Of a stretch of DNA of 64,000 nt, positions 17,874 through 29,653 are shown in pieces (position 1 is the stretch's first letter; every line of letters begins with the position of its first letter). The stretch comes from the human T2T-CHM13v2.0 reference genome, Homo sapiens. The stretch is from assembly GCF_009914755.1 (NCBI RefSeq), contig NC_060927.1; one strand, written 5' to 3'. A model generated the notes under the pieces. It was not told where the DNA came from, made no database searches, and saw nothing but the letters and a program-made list of their open reading frames with translations. The position numbers and the translations under genes were made by a program.

Positions 17874-18575
17874 TTTTTTTAATATATATATATACATTTT
17901 TTTATTATACTTTAAGTTCTAGGGTACATGTGCACAATGTGCAGGTTTGTTCCATATGTATACATGTGCCATGTTGGTGTGCTGCCCCCAGTAACTCGTC
18001 ATTTACATTAGGTATATCTCCTAATGCTATCCCTCCCCTCTTCCCCCACCCCACGACAGGCCCCGGTGTGTGATGTTCCCCTTCCTGTGCCCAAGTGTTC
18101 TCATTGTTCATTCCCACCTATGAGTGAGAACATGCAGTGTTTGGTTTTTTGTCCTTGCGATAGTTTGCTGAGAATGATGGTTTCCAGCTTCATCCATGTC
18201 CCTACAAAGGACATGGACTCATCCTTTTTTTATGACTGCATAGTATTCCATGGTGTATATGTGCCACATTTTCTTAATCCAGTCTATCATTGTTGGACAT
18301 TTGGGTTGGATCCAAGTCTTTGCTATTGCGAGTAGTGCCGCAATAAACATGTGTGTGCACGTGTCTTTATAGCAGCATGATTTATATTCCTTTGGGTATA
18401 TACCCAGTAATGGGATGGCTGGGTCAAATGGTATTTCTAGTTCTAGATCCCTGAGGAATTGCCACACTGTCTTCCACAATGAAAAAATGCTCATCATCAC
18501 TGGCCATCAGAGAAATGCAAATCAAAACCACAATGATATACCACCTCACACCAGTTAGAATGGCGATCATTAAAA
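17874..18575 (-). mobile_element. 5'-truncated L1PA4-like LINE with a 5' inversion (twin priming)
   Basis: L1 3' end on - (17874-18481) joined to a 97-bp L1 ORF2 segment on + (18479-18575). 17-bp TSD TGACCTTTTCA(C/T)TTCTT at 17857-17873 and 18576-18592. Confidence 0.93.
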
Positions 18576-18749
18576 TGACCTTTTCATTTCTTCTTGAAAA
18601 CTGGCCATCCTTTTCTGGGCTGATTTCTTGCCTGTAAAATCCTAGTAAATGCAGAACATGAAAGTATATTATTAATTTGTCTCTTTCCAATCACTTTCTC
18701 TAGAATCACAAGTTCCACCGGCATCTAAATCTTGATGCTGAGTATTCAT

Positions 18750-19290
18750 CTTCCTCTATCAACAGCATTTAACAGTCTCAACCCCTGCTTTCCCGCCAAA
18801 ATACATTCTTCCCTTTGATCAACTACAGTGTTTTCTCCAATATCGCTTCCTCTCTGAATGTTCTCTCCTTTTCAGTCTGCACAACTGGAAGTTCTTCCTC
18901 TTCCTGAATTTTAAATATGGAAGTTTCCAGTGGTCAGTTCTCAGACCTCTTATTTTCTCCATCTAGACACCAATGGGTGAATTAGTCAATTTCCATAGCT
19001 GTAATAACATTTATATAATGATAAGTCTCAAATTATCATTTTCATCCCCAGGCTTTCTCATGACATTATTTTAACTTGATAACAGTATAGTTTTGTTACT
19101 CACACCAAAGAAATATGCAGACATACACACACATATTTTCAGATGGAGGTGAGGAGGAAGGAAAGGTCTATAGCTATACAAAATTATATATGTATATTTG
19201 CTTATCCAATCTTTTCCTTAAAATGTAAGCTCAATGGCAATAGTGATTGATATATCAAATGTTATATCCCCAGATACCTTGTATATTATA
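18750..19290 (+). mobile_element. Degraded L2 fragment
   Basis: Resembles the L2 RT region (CCAGTGGTCAGTTCTCAGACCTCTTATTTTCTCCATCTAGAC...ATGATAAGTCTCAAATTAT); boundaries approximate. Confidence 0.55.
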
Positions 19291-19439
19291 TTTGTTCACA
19301 GGATGACTGGTGTAATGCACGTTAATGTATTATTTAACAGAAATTGTGTTAATTTTCAAAATAACTCATTCTAATGCAGTTATGTATTCTGTGACTAAAT
19401 AACACATTAAATAGAACAATATTTTCCTGTCTTTTCCAG

Positions 19440-19565
19440 ATCCTAATGCTTTGGCTGGCCAGAATGGCCCTGACCATGCTCTCATAGGAGGAATAGTGGC
19501 TGTAGTTGTATTTGTCACGCTGTGTTCTATCTTTCTGCTTGGTCGATATCTGGCAAGGCATAAAG
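19440..19565 (+). CDS. CADM2: CADM2 penultimate coding exon: juxtamembrane and transmembrane segment, (D)[41 protein letters not shown](G)
   Basis: Polypyrimidine acceptor TTTTCCTGTCTTTTCCAG| and donor AAG|GTACGT. 126 nt, phase 1-1, open frame. The translation is the recognisable CADM2/SynCAM transmembrane helix. Absent from the ORF track because it is an internal exon. Confidence 0.96.
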
Positions 19566-20029
19566 GTACGTTATATTTAGCCAGAGTACACAATGTGGGC
19601 AAAATATTCTAGACTAACTTCATTATAAAATATGATATCAGTGCATATATGTTTCTGTACATGTGTAGAATAGGGAGATAGAGAGAAATGCTAAATTATT
19701 TCAGCGAATTCTTAATTATTTTACTTAAATTTAAAGTTGGATTGGCTTAGCAAAATAATGTTTAGCCAATGGCCAGATGTCATAGAGTAAGCCACTGGCT
19801 CAGAAAAATAGAAAAAATATGGAAGAAAGTTTGTAATTTATATCTAGAACTGAAATCCAACTATAACTATTTGGTTGATGTTTTTGTCAGTTTGTGAACA
19901 TCTGTGTAGCCATATTTAGTGAGGAAAATATATATTGTGCAACGGGCCAGGTACCACTTTATTGCTGTAACCTACTTTTAAAGAAGTTTACCAAAAGAAA
20001 CGGTGACAAGTTTGACATGACCGTTTTTA

Positions 20030-20223
<194 letters not shown>

Positions 20224-20476
20224 CTACAGCTGTAAGGTTCACATTGATTTTATCCATCATTAAAGAAGTCACAATTACTTATTACCCATTTCAGTTTGGC
20301 TCTTGCCTGTAGTAAATCAAGCCATAACTTCACCTGCAGCGTACCTGAAAACTGTAAGAAAACAGTGCAACTTTAGAAGAGTCAATCGGGTAGCATATTA
20401 GGTCTCAAAAATCTGGCAAAAGTTTCTTCCTAAATAATGTAGCTTTAATGCTGGGTATTTTACCAGTCTCACAGAG

Positions 20477-20481
20477 CTAAC
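20477..20481 (+). promoter_or_regulatory. Candidate branch point (CTAAC) of the last CADM2 intron
   Basis: Consensus yUnAy motif about 25 nt upstream of the acceptor CAG at 20503-20505. Confidence 0.6.
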
Positions 20482-20505
20482 ATATTTTTCTTCCAATATA
20501 TGCAG

Positions 20506-20624
20506 GAACGTATTTAACAAATGAAGCTAAAGGAGCTGAAGATGCACCAGATGCTGATACAGCCATTATCAATGCTGAAGGCAGCCAAGTCAATGCTGAA
20601 GAGAAAAAAGAGTATTTCATTTAA
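20506..20624 (+). CDS. CADM2: CADM2 terminal coding exon: cytoplasmic tail (G)[38 protein letters not shown]
   Basis: Acceptor TGCAG|GA is in phase with the previous exon and TAA is at 20622-20624. Contains the protein 4.1/FERM-binding motif (RHKGTY, split by the intron) and the C-terminal type II PDZ-binding motif EYFI typical of CADMs. Confidence 0.97.
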
Positions 20625-23600
20625 GATGCAGGCCAAGATTCTGAGTTTTACTACCAGGCTGAATGCTGGAGAAAACTGGCTATCATCTTTCAGAAGTCAT
20701 TTCTACCATCGTCTGCTACCCTTATTAACTCCCATACTGTACTGCTATCAGTAGCCAGTGTATACCAACAATCAGCTGTTGAAAGCATCATTCTTTAATT
20801 ACTGTACCATCCATAATGCAGGACATTTCTTACTGCCTAAATTTCACACCATTGCTCTTTTAACATACAGTGCTTGAATATACAGCCTTAACAATGTTAA
20901 TCATCTCCTTGGATCATTATATTGAGTGGTTTTTATACATTAAAAAATGTATGCAGAGTTTTTTTCCCCCATTTTTTCCCCTTTAAGTCATAGACCTTAT
21001 CAGTTTGCCATTGGACAGCTTTCACAAGTAACAGGATTAGGGAAGGACATAATGTATTTAAGAATAAGTGAAGGTTAGAGGTTTACAATTAATGTTTTCT
21101 ACATGTCTGTCTTCAAAGACAACATGCTTTGGAAACATATGTCCTAGAAAACATAAAATTAAAAAAAAACACTATAGTGTAGTTTTTGGAATGTTGGAGA
21201 TTATACTGGTAAAGCTGTATCGATTTGCTATTGAAATATAGTATTTGATACAGGAGCCATGTGTACGAATTGCAATCATGACATGGTATTTTCTATAATT
21301 ATAGAGATCTTACTATTAGGATATTGTAGCTTCATTTACCAATAAATTATTCCAAATGATTTACTGCTTTTGGAATCACAAATATTTAATTCATTTCTCT
21401 AATTTGATTCTATAATTTATTTGCTTCATAAAGATTCACCTGCCTAAACAATATTGAAGTATCCATAGGGCACAATTTTCAGACATTTTAGTATCTGTAT
21501 ATAGTGCATATAATAAATCCAATTAAACATTATTTGATACATATTTAACTTTTTTGGCTGTATGTAATTCAGTCATAAGTAAGCATTTTCTAACGTCCAT
21601 TATATCCCTTTAGGTATTACTTAAACCAATATTATAAGTAGATAACATGTATTAGTATTTTTGTCTGTATGTCCTAGCACTGTTCAACAACAAATTTTTC
21701 TAGTTCTTGTTAATTTTTATTTGTTATACAATGGAAGCACAATGTTATAAGGAAAGGTAATTTTAAGCTAACAACCAGTGCACAGCCTCAGGTTTTAAAT
21801 TACAACCACAGTTGAATAATAACCTAAAAATAAATTTTAGTTTGCTAAAAATTTACAAATTTTCATTTTGCAGTTCCAGAGCTGCTTACCTATGTTGGTT
21901 TGCCAAAAAGAAGTGTTTAAGATATGTTTTCTGTATAAATGAACTAATTCTTTATATTAAATTCCTGTCTATGCATTTTGTGAGGTACAAACTGATGAAA
22001 CAGTGAGTGATAGAGAATTTCTGCCATGCTTTTAACTCCAAAGTGAAAGTCTCTTTCTCTGGATTATTTTAAAATTTTGGCGTGTTTAACCATTAAGAAA
22101 TGCTGTATTCTTAAATATGAAACAGTTAATCTAAAGTCTTATTATTTCTTCTAGTAAAATAAAATATTGTTAGATTAGTTCTCATTAAATTTATTATATG
22201 CTAAAGAATAAAACTCCAGTTAGATTTAAAAAAATCCCATTTACAAGCATTGCACCTTTAAGAAGAAAACAAATATGACAGTATGGTAGCTATACTTGTG
22301 ATGTCTGACGCATGATGGCCTATGGTTTTAAAAATAGTATTGTGGAATATATTTTTGGGGAATAAGAATGGTTGAGTGCAACATCATGTATTAATATCAA
22401 ATGAAAGACAAGGGTGCTGTATCTTTGATTATTTATCAAAAAAGTATAAATCTTTTAAGGAAAATGTTAGAATTTTAAAGTTTTTTTTTGATTGTTGAAG
22501 CATTTATCTTGTTGATTTCTTACAAAAGAAAAAGGACGATGTCAGTCAAGCAGCACTTTTTCAGAATATACAGAACATAAATAATATGATGTGGTTGAGT
22601 GTTAACATAATAAATCATATACAGTATGACATTTTAAGGAAATAAGTCTGCATTGATGTGATTGCATGCTTGTTTTTACAGTTCACTCCATACCATCTGT
22701 GGAAAAATGCAATAATATGTTAATATAGTATGGTAGTTTGAGAGAATCAGGTAGGTGCTACTAGACACATTGAAACTAGAATAGGTTTATAAACTGTTCA
22801 TATCTTTCAATGCATAATCTTTAGAAAGACTCCACAAAGCAAAATTCATCCTGTTAGTACAAAATGGAAAGGTTCTTATTACAGAAGTAAGTTGTACAAA
22901 CTGCATCATCAATTACTATGTAAAGCCTAATTTCAGGATGCACTTACAAAATTGCTACTCTTCATCGATGCCGTATTTACATCCCTCTTCATTTCATCTA
23001 TATTCTACTTGGCTCCAACAACTAAATTGTTGCCTAAATAACTCAATCATTATTTATAGCACTGTAAAATTAGAAATCCAAAATTGGTTGCATTTCATGA
23101 TTTTTGACTCTTTTAACCCTTCAGAGTAATATAAAATCTCATTAGAACTCTTATAAAACCAGTTAGCTAAAACAACTAGATTATTATACTAGTTATAAAT
23201 GCTGGTATATTATAATTTGTGGGATCTAATTAAATGTTTGCCTATTAAATATAGTTTGATTTAAATGAGACACCATGTTCTGAACTGGAGAAAACAATAT
23301 CAATGAAGTCATATTTTCATACCTTTAAAAATTATTTAATTTTCAACCAAACAAAAAATAAATTGTAAAAATTATGCTCATTTCTATTCCAACAAGTCAG
23401 AAAATAATGACATAATATTTCTAAATGAGAATGATGTCAATTTCATTGTCTGGAACATGCACACTTGTGTGCACATAGAGTCAATTTCTGTCTCTTCTAA
23501 GTGAGCACAGTAGGTAGGGAACTCAATGGAAGCAGTGTGCACACACACACACCCTTAGTAGAATATGGAGCATTATTCTTTACCAAAAGTAGCTATTCTC

Positions 23601-26600
23601 TGCCAGTGTACTGTTTACAGTGTAAATTGATTGTCCTCCGTCAAAATCAAGTCTAAGCGGCATTTTACTTTTCTTTTCTTTTTTATTTTCCATTTTTGGG
23701 TGTTCTAGATAGGATTATTATCAAAAGTAGGAGGAAAAAGAAATGTTTGTGAGTGCAAGATTAAAGACAGAGCGCATGAGCAGAGTACTGATGGTGTGCG
23801 TGTTTGTGTGTGTGTATATGTGTGTGTATAAGAGAGAAAGAGAAATCGAAAAGAGAGAGAAATTTCAACTTGTTTTCTTTTACCAGAGAATCCAAGAAGC
23901 AGTTTAAGGAACCTGATATTGGAGTTTAATCTAGAAACTGGATGATCTCATATTGATTCATGATGCTTAATCTTTCATTGAAACTCCACAATTAAAATAA
24001 CAAATAGAGAAAGAAAACTAACTTTCCTAAATATGGCAAAGAAACTAACACCTCATTTATTTTTATTTCTTTGTAAAAATATAAATATCTCAATCAAAAG
24101 TACAGGCTCATTTGTAATTATGTACTCATGATTGTAACAGCATTGAGATTTCATATAGGCACATGTATAGCAGCTGTTTGACAGTGATGGCTCTTCCATG
24201 TAACATAGCAGTTATCGTGTAATTTAGTGCCACTTATTGCAAAGTGTTACCAAGGGGAACATTTCAAATGCCTTTTGTTTTTCTTTGGACATCAAGATAA
24301 TTTAGTGGACAACAAATATTAAATTTTACATTATGCTTTTTAATTGTGGAGAAAATGCAAAACCTCATGTCTTACCACAACTTTCCCATGGTATTGCTAA
24401 TTACTTAGAGTCTCTAAAATTGCCCAATATTATTTCCCTTTGCAAATGGTAATTTCTGATAAAACAATACAAAACAAAAAAAAAAGCAGTAATCACAGCC
24501 AAATAAATGAAACACCTAATGAGAATTACTGTTGAGTAATGCTTTTTATTAAGTGGCACAAAGTACACACTAAAAACTATGCAAAATATAGGTAACTACA
24601 GTGTACGTACATGTAAGTATCTTGTACTTGCTGTGTATGGATGTTGGAAACCCATGTAATTATAATATGCATTTTGAATATTGGGAAAGAGGAAATCTTA
24701 GTGTAGATAATAGAATTTGTTTTGAAATATACACTGGCAATATTGAAATATACTCAGTGCAATATCTGCAGTTCTATTGCTGGATACTTAATGCAAAGGG
24801 ATTTTAAAGAATTCTTCAGCAAGATCCAAGAGGTTGCTAATCTTCACCTCTCACATACTAAAGCATTCATTAAAAATACAACTAATTCAAGGACAAGTTA
24901 AGTTTTTCTTATTAATGTGACACAGTAACATTTTTATTTGGATTAGTTTTTGGTGTTATTGCAGAGAAAGAAATAACCTGAGTTTTAAATTTCGATTCAT
25001 ATCTCATTGAATTGGGAATTCTTCAATTTTGTTTGAAATGTGTGCATGTTTTCATAGATTGTAGCAAGTACAAATGTATTCAATGAAAGAACATAGGGTA
25101 GTTTTAATAGTTAAAGTCACTATATCTTAATGGGAATTTTAAAATATCTTTTCTTTTTCTATTCATTTTTTCCCTTTCTCTCTCTATTCTACCCCCAAAC
25201 AAGCCCTTTGCACTCATACCCTTCCAAAGGCAATGGATTGAAAGTAGCAAGATAATAAAGAGAGTTAAAGGGGACAACATATAACAATGGGTTCTAAAAT
25301 CATCAGCATTTTTATGTATTGAGATTATTAATATTGAATGCAATAGTTATTGGATATAGCTGGTAAGTTCTCTGCCATGCATACTTACAATAATCCTTCT
25401 ACCTCTCACTTTTAACATGGGCTATGATACTTCAATATAAATAGAGGAAATAATTATTTACCAGATATCCCAGGAAGCATTCTTATGGAACTATTATAAC
25501 AGTGCACTCCCCACCCCCTGGGAAATCTCAAAAGCCAAGTTCTTCAGTGTATTCTATGGTGTATGAATCTGCATTTGTTTTTCCTTTTCTATCATTAGCT
25601 TTTCCTAAAGGCAAAATATTATAACTTTATAAGAATAGTCCTTCTCCTGCCTATTTAATATTTCAATGTTAATATAATTGTATTGGTTTTTAAAAATAAT
25701 TAAAATGGCAACACTTTGCGATCCAATCTGATATTTAATTTTTAAAATGTAACAATTTCTTATAAATTCATGCTGTGTTTTAAGTAAAAATCATGTATAT
25801 GAATTATTTTACCAAGTAGTATTATCTGCACGAGACAAATTTAAGTATTTTAAAAATTACTCCTTATTAATAAATAATCCTCATATAATGCACAGTATTG
25901 CCACAAATGCCCACTTCATTTTGTCTGCATAGACATATTAAGAATTTTTCAATGATGTAATTTAATTATCCTAAAAGAAATGACAGATTCTTCTGTAGGA
26001 AAAAATAAAAACATGAATATCTCAAATTATAATGGTTAATCTCTAAAATATGCTTAAAGTAAGATGTTTCTATGTTATGTGGTTATGTTATCAATAATAT
26101 TTGGTTGATCTTCACATATTTTATATGCATATATATATCAAGAAGTTATATATATATAACTCAAGAAACTCAAGTTATATATATATGTCAAGAAATGTAT
26201 GATTATTTTGGAGAGAATGGGCCCAAATGTGAAAAAGATATAAAAAAAACAAAAAAAACAAAAAAAAAACACTATTTTCCCCTACGAAATATACTGTATA
26301 TTTCAAAAGAAGAAAAGTTAAAAGATATTTGAAGATTGCAGGGGCAAAACAAAAACCTACCAGGGCTCAGCACTTAAGCACTTTTCCCACATCCAGGGTC
26401 AAAGCAGCAGTAACTACATGGACTTTTAAGTGCGGTATGAAATGCAACATTACGCTTACAAACAGTACTGTCAAACCTCAAATGCTTTCTTTCTTCAGAT
26501 GCTTTTTCGTGTACATGATACTAGTAGACACTTTTCTCTTTATATTTACTGATAGTGAAAATCATACGCAATAAAATATTGATGTTTGAAGGCAGTGGTC

Positions 26601-27466
26601 ACCAATTGGTTAAAAAACTATGAAATGTAAACTGAATTGTTATATCTCTATCCTTTTTGCTTTTCTCTGTGTTTTTAATGTATGGAATAAATCTCATAAA
26701 TAGAAAGAAAAATAATCTAGAAATTTTTCAAAGCTAGTACTCTTTCTCCTTATAAATGTACACAATTTTAATCTTTTTACAAATTTATTTAACTGTACCT
26801 ACTGTACTTATTGTAGATTCAATGACGCAGTTAAGTCATCACCCAAGGATTTATGAATTTGAGATTACTGACCTGTTTTCTTCATATTGCATTCACATCA
26901 ATATTTGTGAATTTGTTGTTCAGCTTTTCATTCAAACAAAAAATATTCCCTCAAGAAAGCTCCATTTTTATCATAAACATTTCAACATAACCAACATTAG
27001 AACAAGTCTGCCATGTTAAAAATAATTTAAAGACTTATCTCTGAAAACGGTATCCAGAAACGCAGGTGTTCCCAGTAATGTAGCTTCAAAAATAAAATGT
27101 GCTATTTATATGACATGAAATTCATAACTTTTGGAAGGGTATATTTATGACAGCATAAAAAATAAATTCTGTGCTATAAAGAAGATCCAACAAATTAACC
27201 ATATAAGCACAGAAAGTAGAGAAACACAGTTATTGAATCTACTCTTGTCATTAACATTTTCAAAAAACAAAATGCATATTGTAATATTTGGTACATGACA
27301 CTTGCATGTTGATATGCCTATATACTTACAAAGTATTCAATGTGTACTTAGCGGCGCTTAAAATATGTCATGTACAACTCTTATAAACATTTTTACAGGG
27401 TTCCCATTTGCACTTCATCTTTCAGTAAAGTCTTGTCAGAAAAAAATTGTCTGATAAATATGGAAA

Positions 27467-27472
27467 AATAAA
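27467..27472 (+). terminator. Candidate polyadenylation signal AATAAA
   Basis: AATAAA with upstream TGTA motifs and downstream U/GU-rich sequence (TTTTAGTTATCTGTTGG). Confidence 0.5.
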
Positions 27473-28243
27473 ATTTGAATTTTAGTTATCTGTTGGACAT
27501 TACTGAATTGTCTATTCATTTAGTACATTTTCTTAACCTTGAAAACAGACATTGAAAGATGGAACTTTCTTTTTTCCAGTGACAGGTCATTAAATCGATG
27601 GTACAAAACATACTTCTTTATGCCAAACACATTATTTTGAATACCTTTTTTTCAACTTCATACATTATCCATCCATTTTAGTTTTCCTCGATGATGCCCA
27701 TTTTCTTTGTAAATTTCTAAGTGGAAGTTTTAAAAATTAAGCATCAGTAAAATAAATGTTATCTTATTTGTACAACATTTAATCGTTATTCCTTGGAATA
27801 TATGAACCTTGTAAAGTGATGACTAAGGGTCAAAAAAAATGTTGCTGACTTAGGGAAATTTGCTTGAGAATGCCAAAATTTTAAAACTCTGTAAAGGTAA
27901 TTTTACATTCACTTATGTGTGTTTACTAATGTTGAGTAGGAACAGAAGCAAAAATACCTAAACCTATTTTTTTTAACCTTCACACTCTAACCAGTATTAT
28001 ATATTTCAGCTACCTAAGATAATGCAATTAATCATATATCCAACCTAAGCTTCTGCCAATAAGGATTTCAGATAAGCTTTTAAATTTATGGAGGATTTTC
28101 TTTGTGTCTTTGGAAGTTCACTTACCATAAAGTATTTTATAGTCTACTTTAAATAACAGATTTTGTTACACAGGGTAAGCCAAAGGCTGTACAAGATTTA
28201 GTGTCATTGGGTCTCATATTTGTGTTAGACCATGAAATATTCC

Positions 28244-28249
28244 ATTAAA
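28244..28249 (+). terminator. Candidate distal polyadenylation signal ATTAAA
   Basis: ATTAAA, a CA about 16 nt downstream, then TTTTGTATCTGGTTTATTTT; upstream TGTA near 28188. Confidence 0.5.
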
Positions 28250-29396
28250 ATTTATCTGTAAATACAAGGCAAGATTTTGTATCTGGTTTATTTTATTAAA
28301 TAACGTTTTATTTTATTTTTAATTCACATTTTTCCATTTAATATAAAAAAATGCCCTGCATTACAGGTTAGGAAATTTGACACTGTATCAAAGATCAGAT
28401 TCAGCACATCTGAAAGAAAATAATGGTATTTGAAGTAAAACATTCATCCACATGTGTTCTTTTTTTTAAAAAAATTACCCAAAATGCCCACTCTTATGCA
28501 GCTTTTCAACTGTATACAAATATGGAACCCGTGCTTGCTAGGTAAATCCACTCTGTTTTCATAATGGCAATTCTTATTCTGGTCAAATAATGTATAGAAT
28601 TGAAGGCACACTAGAAATTCTGGTTCATACAATTCACTAAAGGATATTAAGTCTAAGTGTTATTAATAATTGGGTTTTGATGCCTATGAAGGCCCTTCAT
28701 TATATGATAATTCCAGGATATTGCTAATATATAACAGTATATACATTTAAACTAAGAAGTTCCAGGAAATGTATGGTTTTTTTTAAAATTTCAAATCATA
28801 CTTTATCTGTTTTGTAAAATTTAAGAATTTTTATCCTCTAGTGTTTTGAAACCTAGAAAACATACAAATGGCTAGAGAAAAGATTAAAGGAGAAAAACAG
28901 TTTCTCAGTTTCATTTCAAATACCACTTAGGCTGCTCTGTGTTACATGTCATTTAATCAACACATCACTATAGGCTTAGAATGAGGGTTAGGCTTAAGTT
29001 TAGGAAAAAAAGTAGCACAAGTATTGAACACCTATATTGTCATCAGTTCACCTCATGAACTTTACCAAGAACCTGAACATAGTATTTTGTGCTGATACCT
29101 CCATAACTTAGTTCTGTAATATAATTAAATTATCCTTCCAAGAATTGTTGTTTTCTTCATATTTAAGCATTCCTATGCTGAACGGAGGAATAAGGAAATT
29201 CAGTACTTTAAAAAAATTGTAATTATACAATGCATCTTATGATTTAAGCAAACAAAAAAATTACAAATGAATGACCTATCTTTCAACTACTGTTTATGAT
29301 CTGAAGTTTGATATTTTTCTACATCGATTAAAAAAAGGTCTGACTAATAAGCACATACTTTACTGTGCTAGAATATACAGAAAATCAAATCACCTT

Positions 29397-29653
29397 CTTT
29401 TTTTTTTTTTTTTTGAGACCGAGTTTCATTTTGTTGCCCCACAGCCACCTGGGTTCAAGTGATTCTCGGGCCCCAGCCTCCTCAGTAACTGGCATTACTG
29501 GCATGCGTCCCCATGCCTGGCTAATTTTTTGTATTTTTAGTAGAGACGGGGTTTCACTATATTGGCAGGCTAGTCTTGAACTCCTGGCCTCAAGTGATCC
29601 ACCTCAGCCTCCCAAAGTGCTGGGATTACAGCTATGAGCCACCGCACCCGGCC
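29397..29653 (-). mobile_element. Alu with an internal deletion in the right arm
   Basis: Poly-T then Alu reverse complement lacking about 40 bp (the AGGCTGGAGTGCA...CACTGCAAC block). Confidence 0.9.

Larger units (their letters stand above)
20625..28266 (+). other. CADM2: Long CADM2 3' UTR (distal end inferred)
   Basis: AT-rich sequence after the stop with no recognisable interspersed repeat, many miRNA seed matches and several poly(A) hexamers. The end point is inferred from ATTAAA at 28244 followed by U/GU-rich sequence. Confidence 0.65.

Noticed and set aside
19349-19602. Minus-strand ORFs of 70 and 78 aa
   Set aside because: They are antisense shadows of the CADM2 transmembrane exon.
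20521-20754. 77-aa [13 protein letters not shown]...
   Set aside because: It is an out-of-frame overlap of the real CADM2 last exon; the spliced frame gives the conserved EYFI tail.
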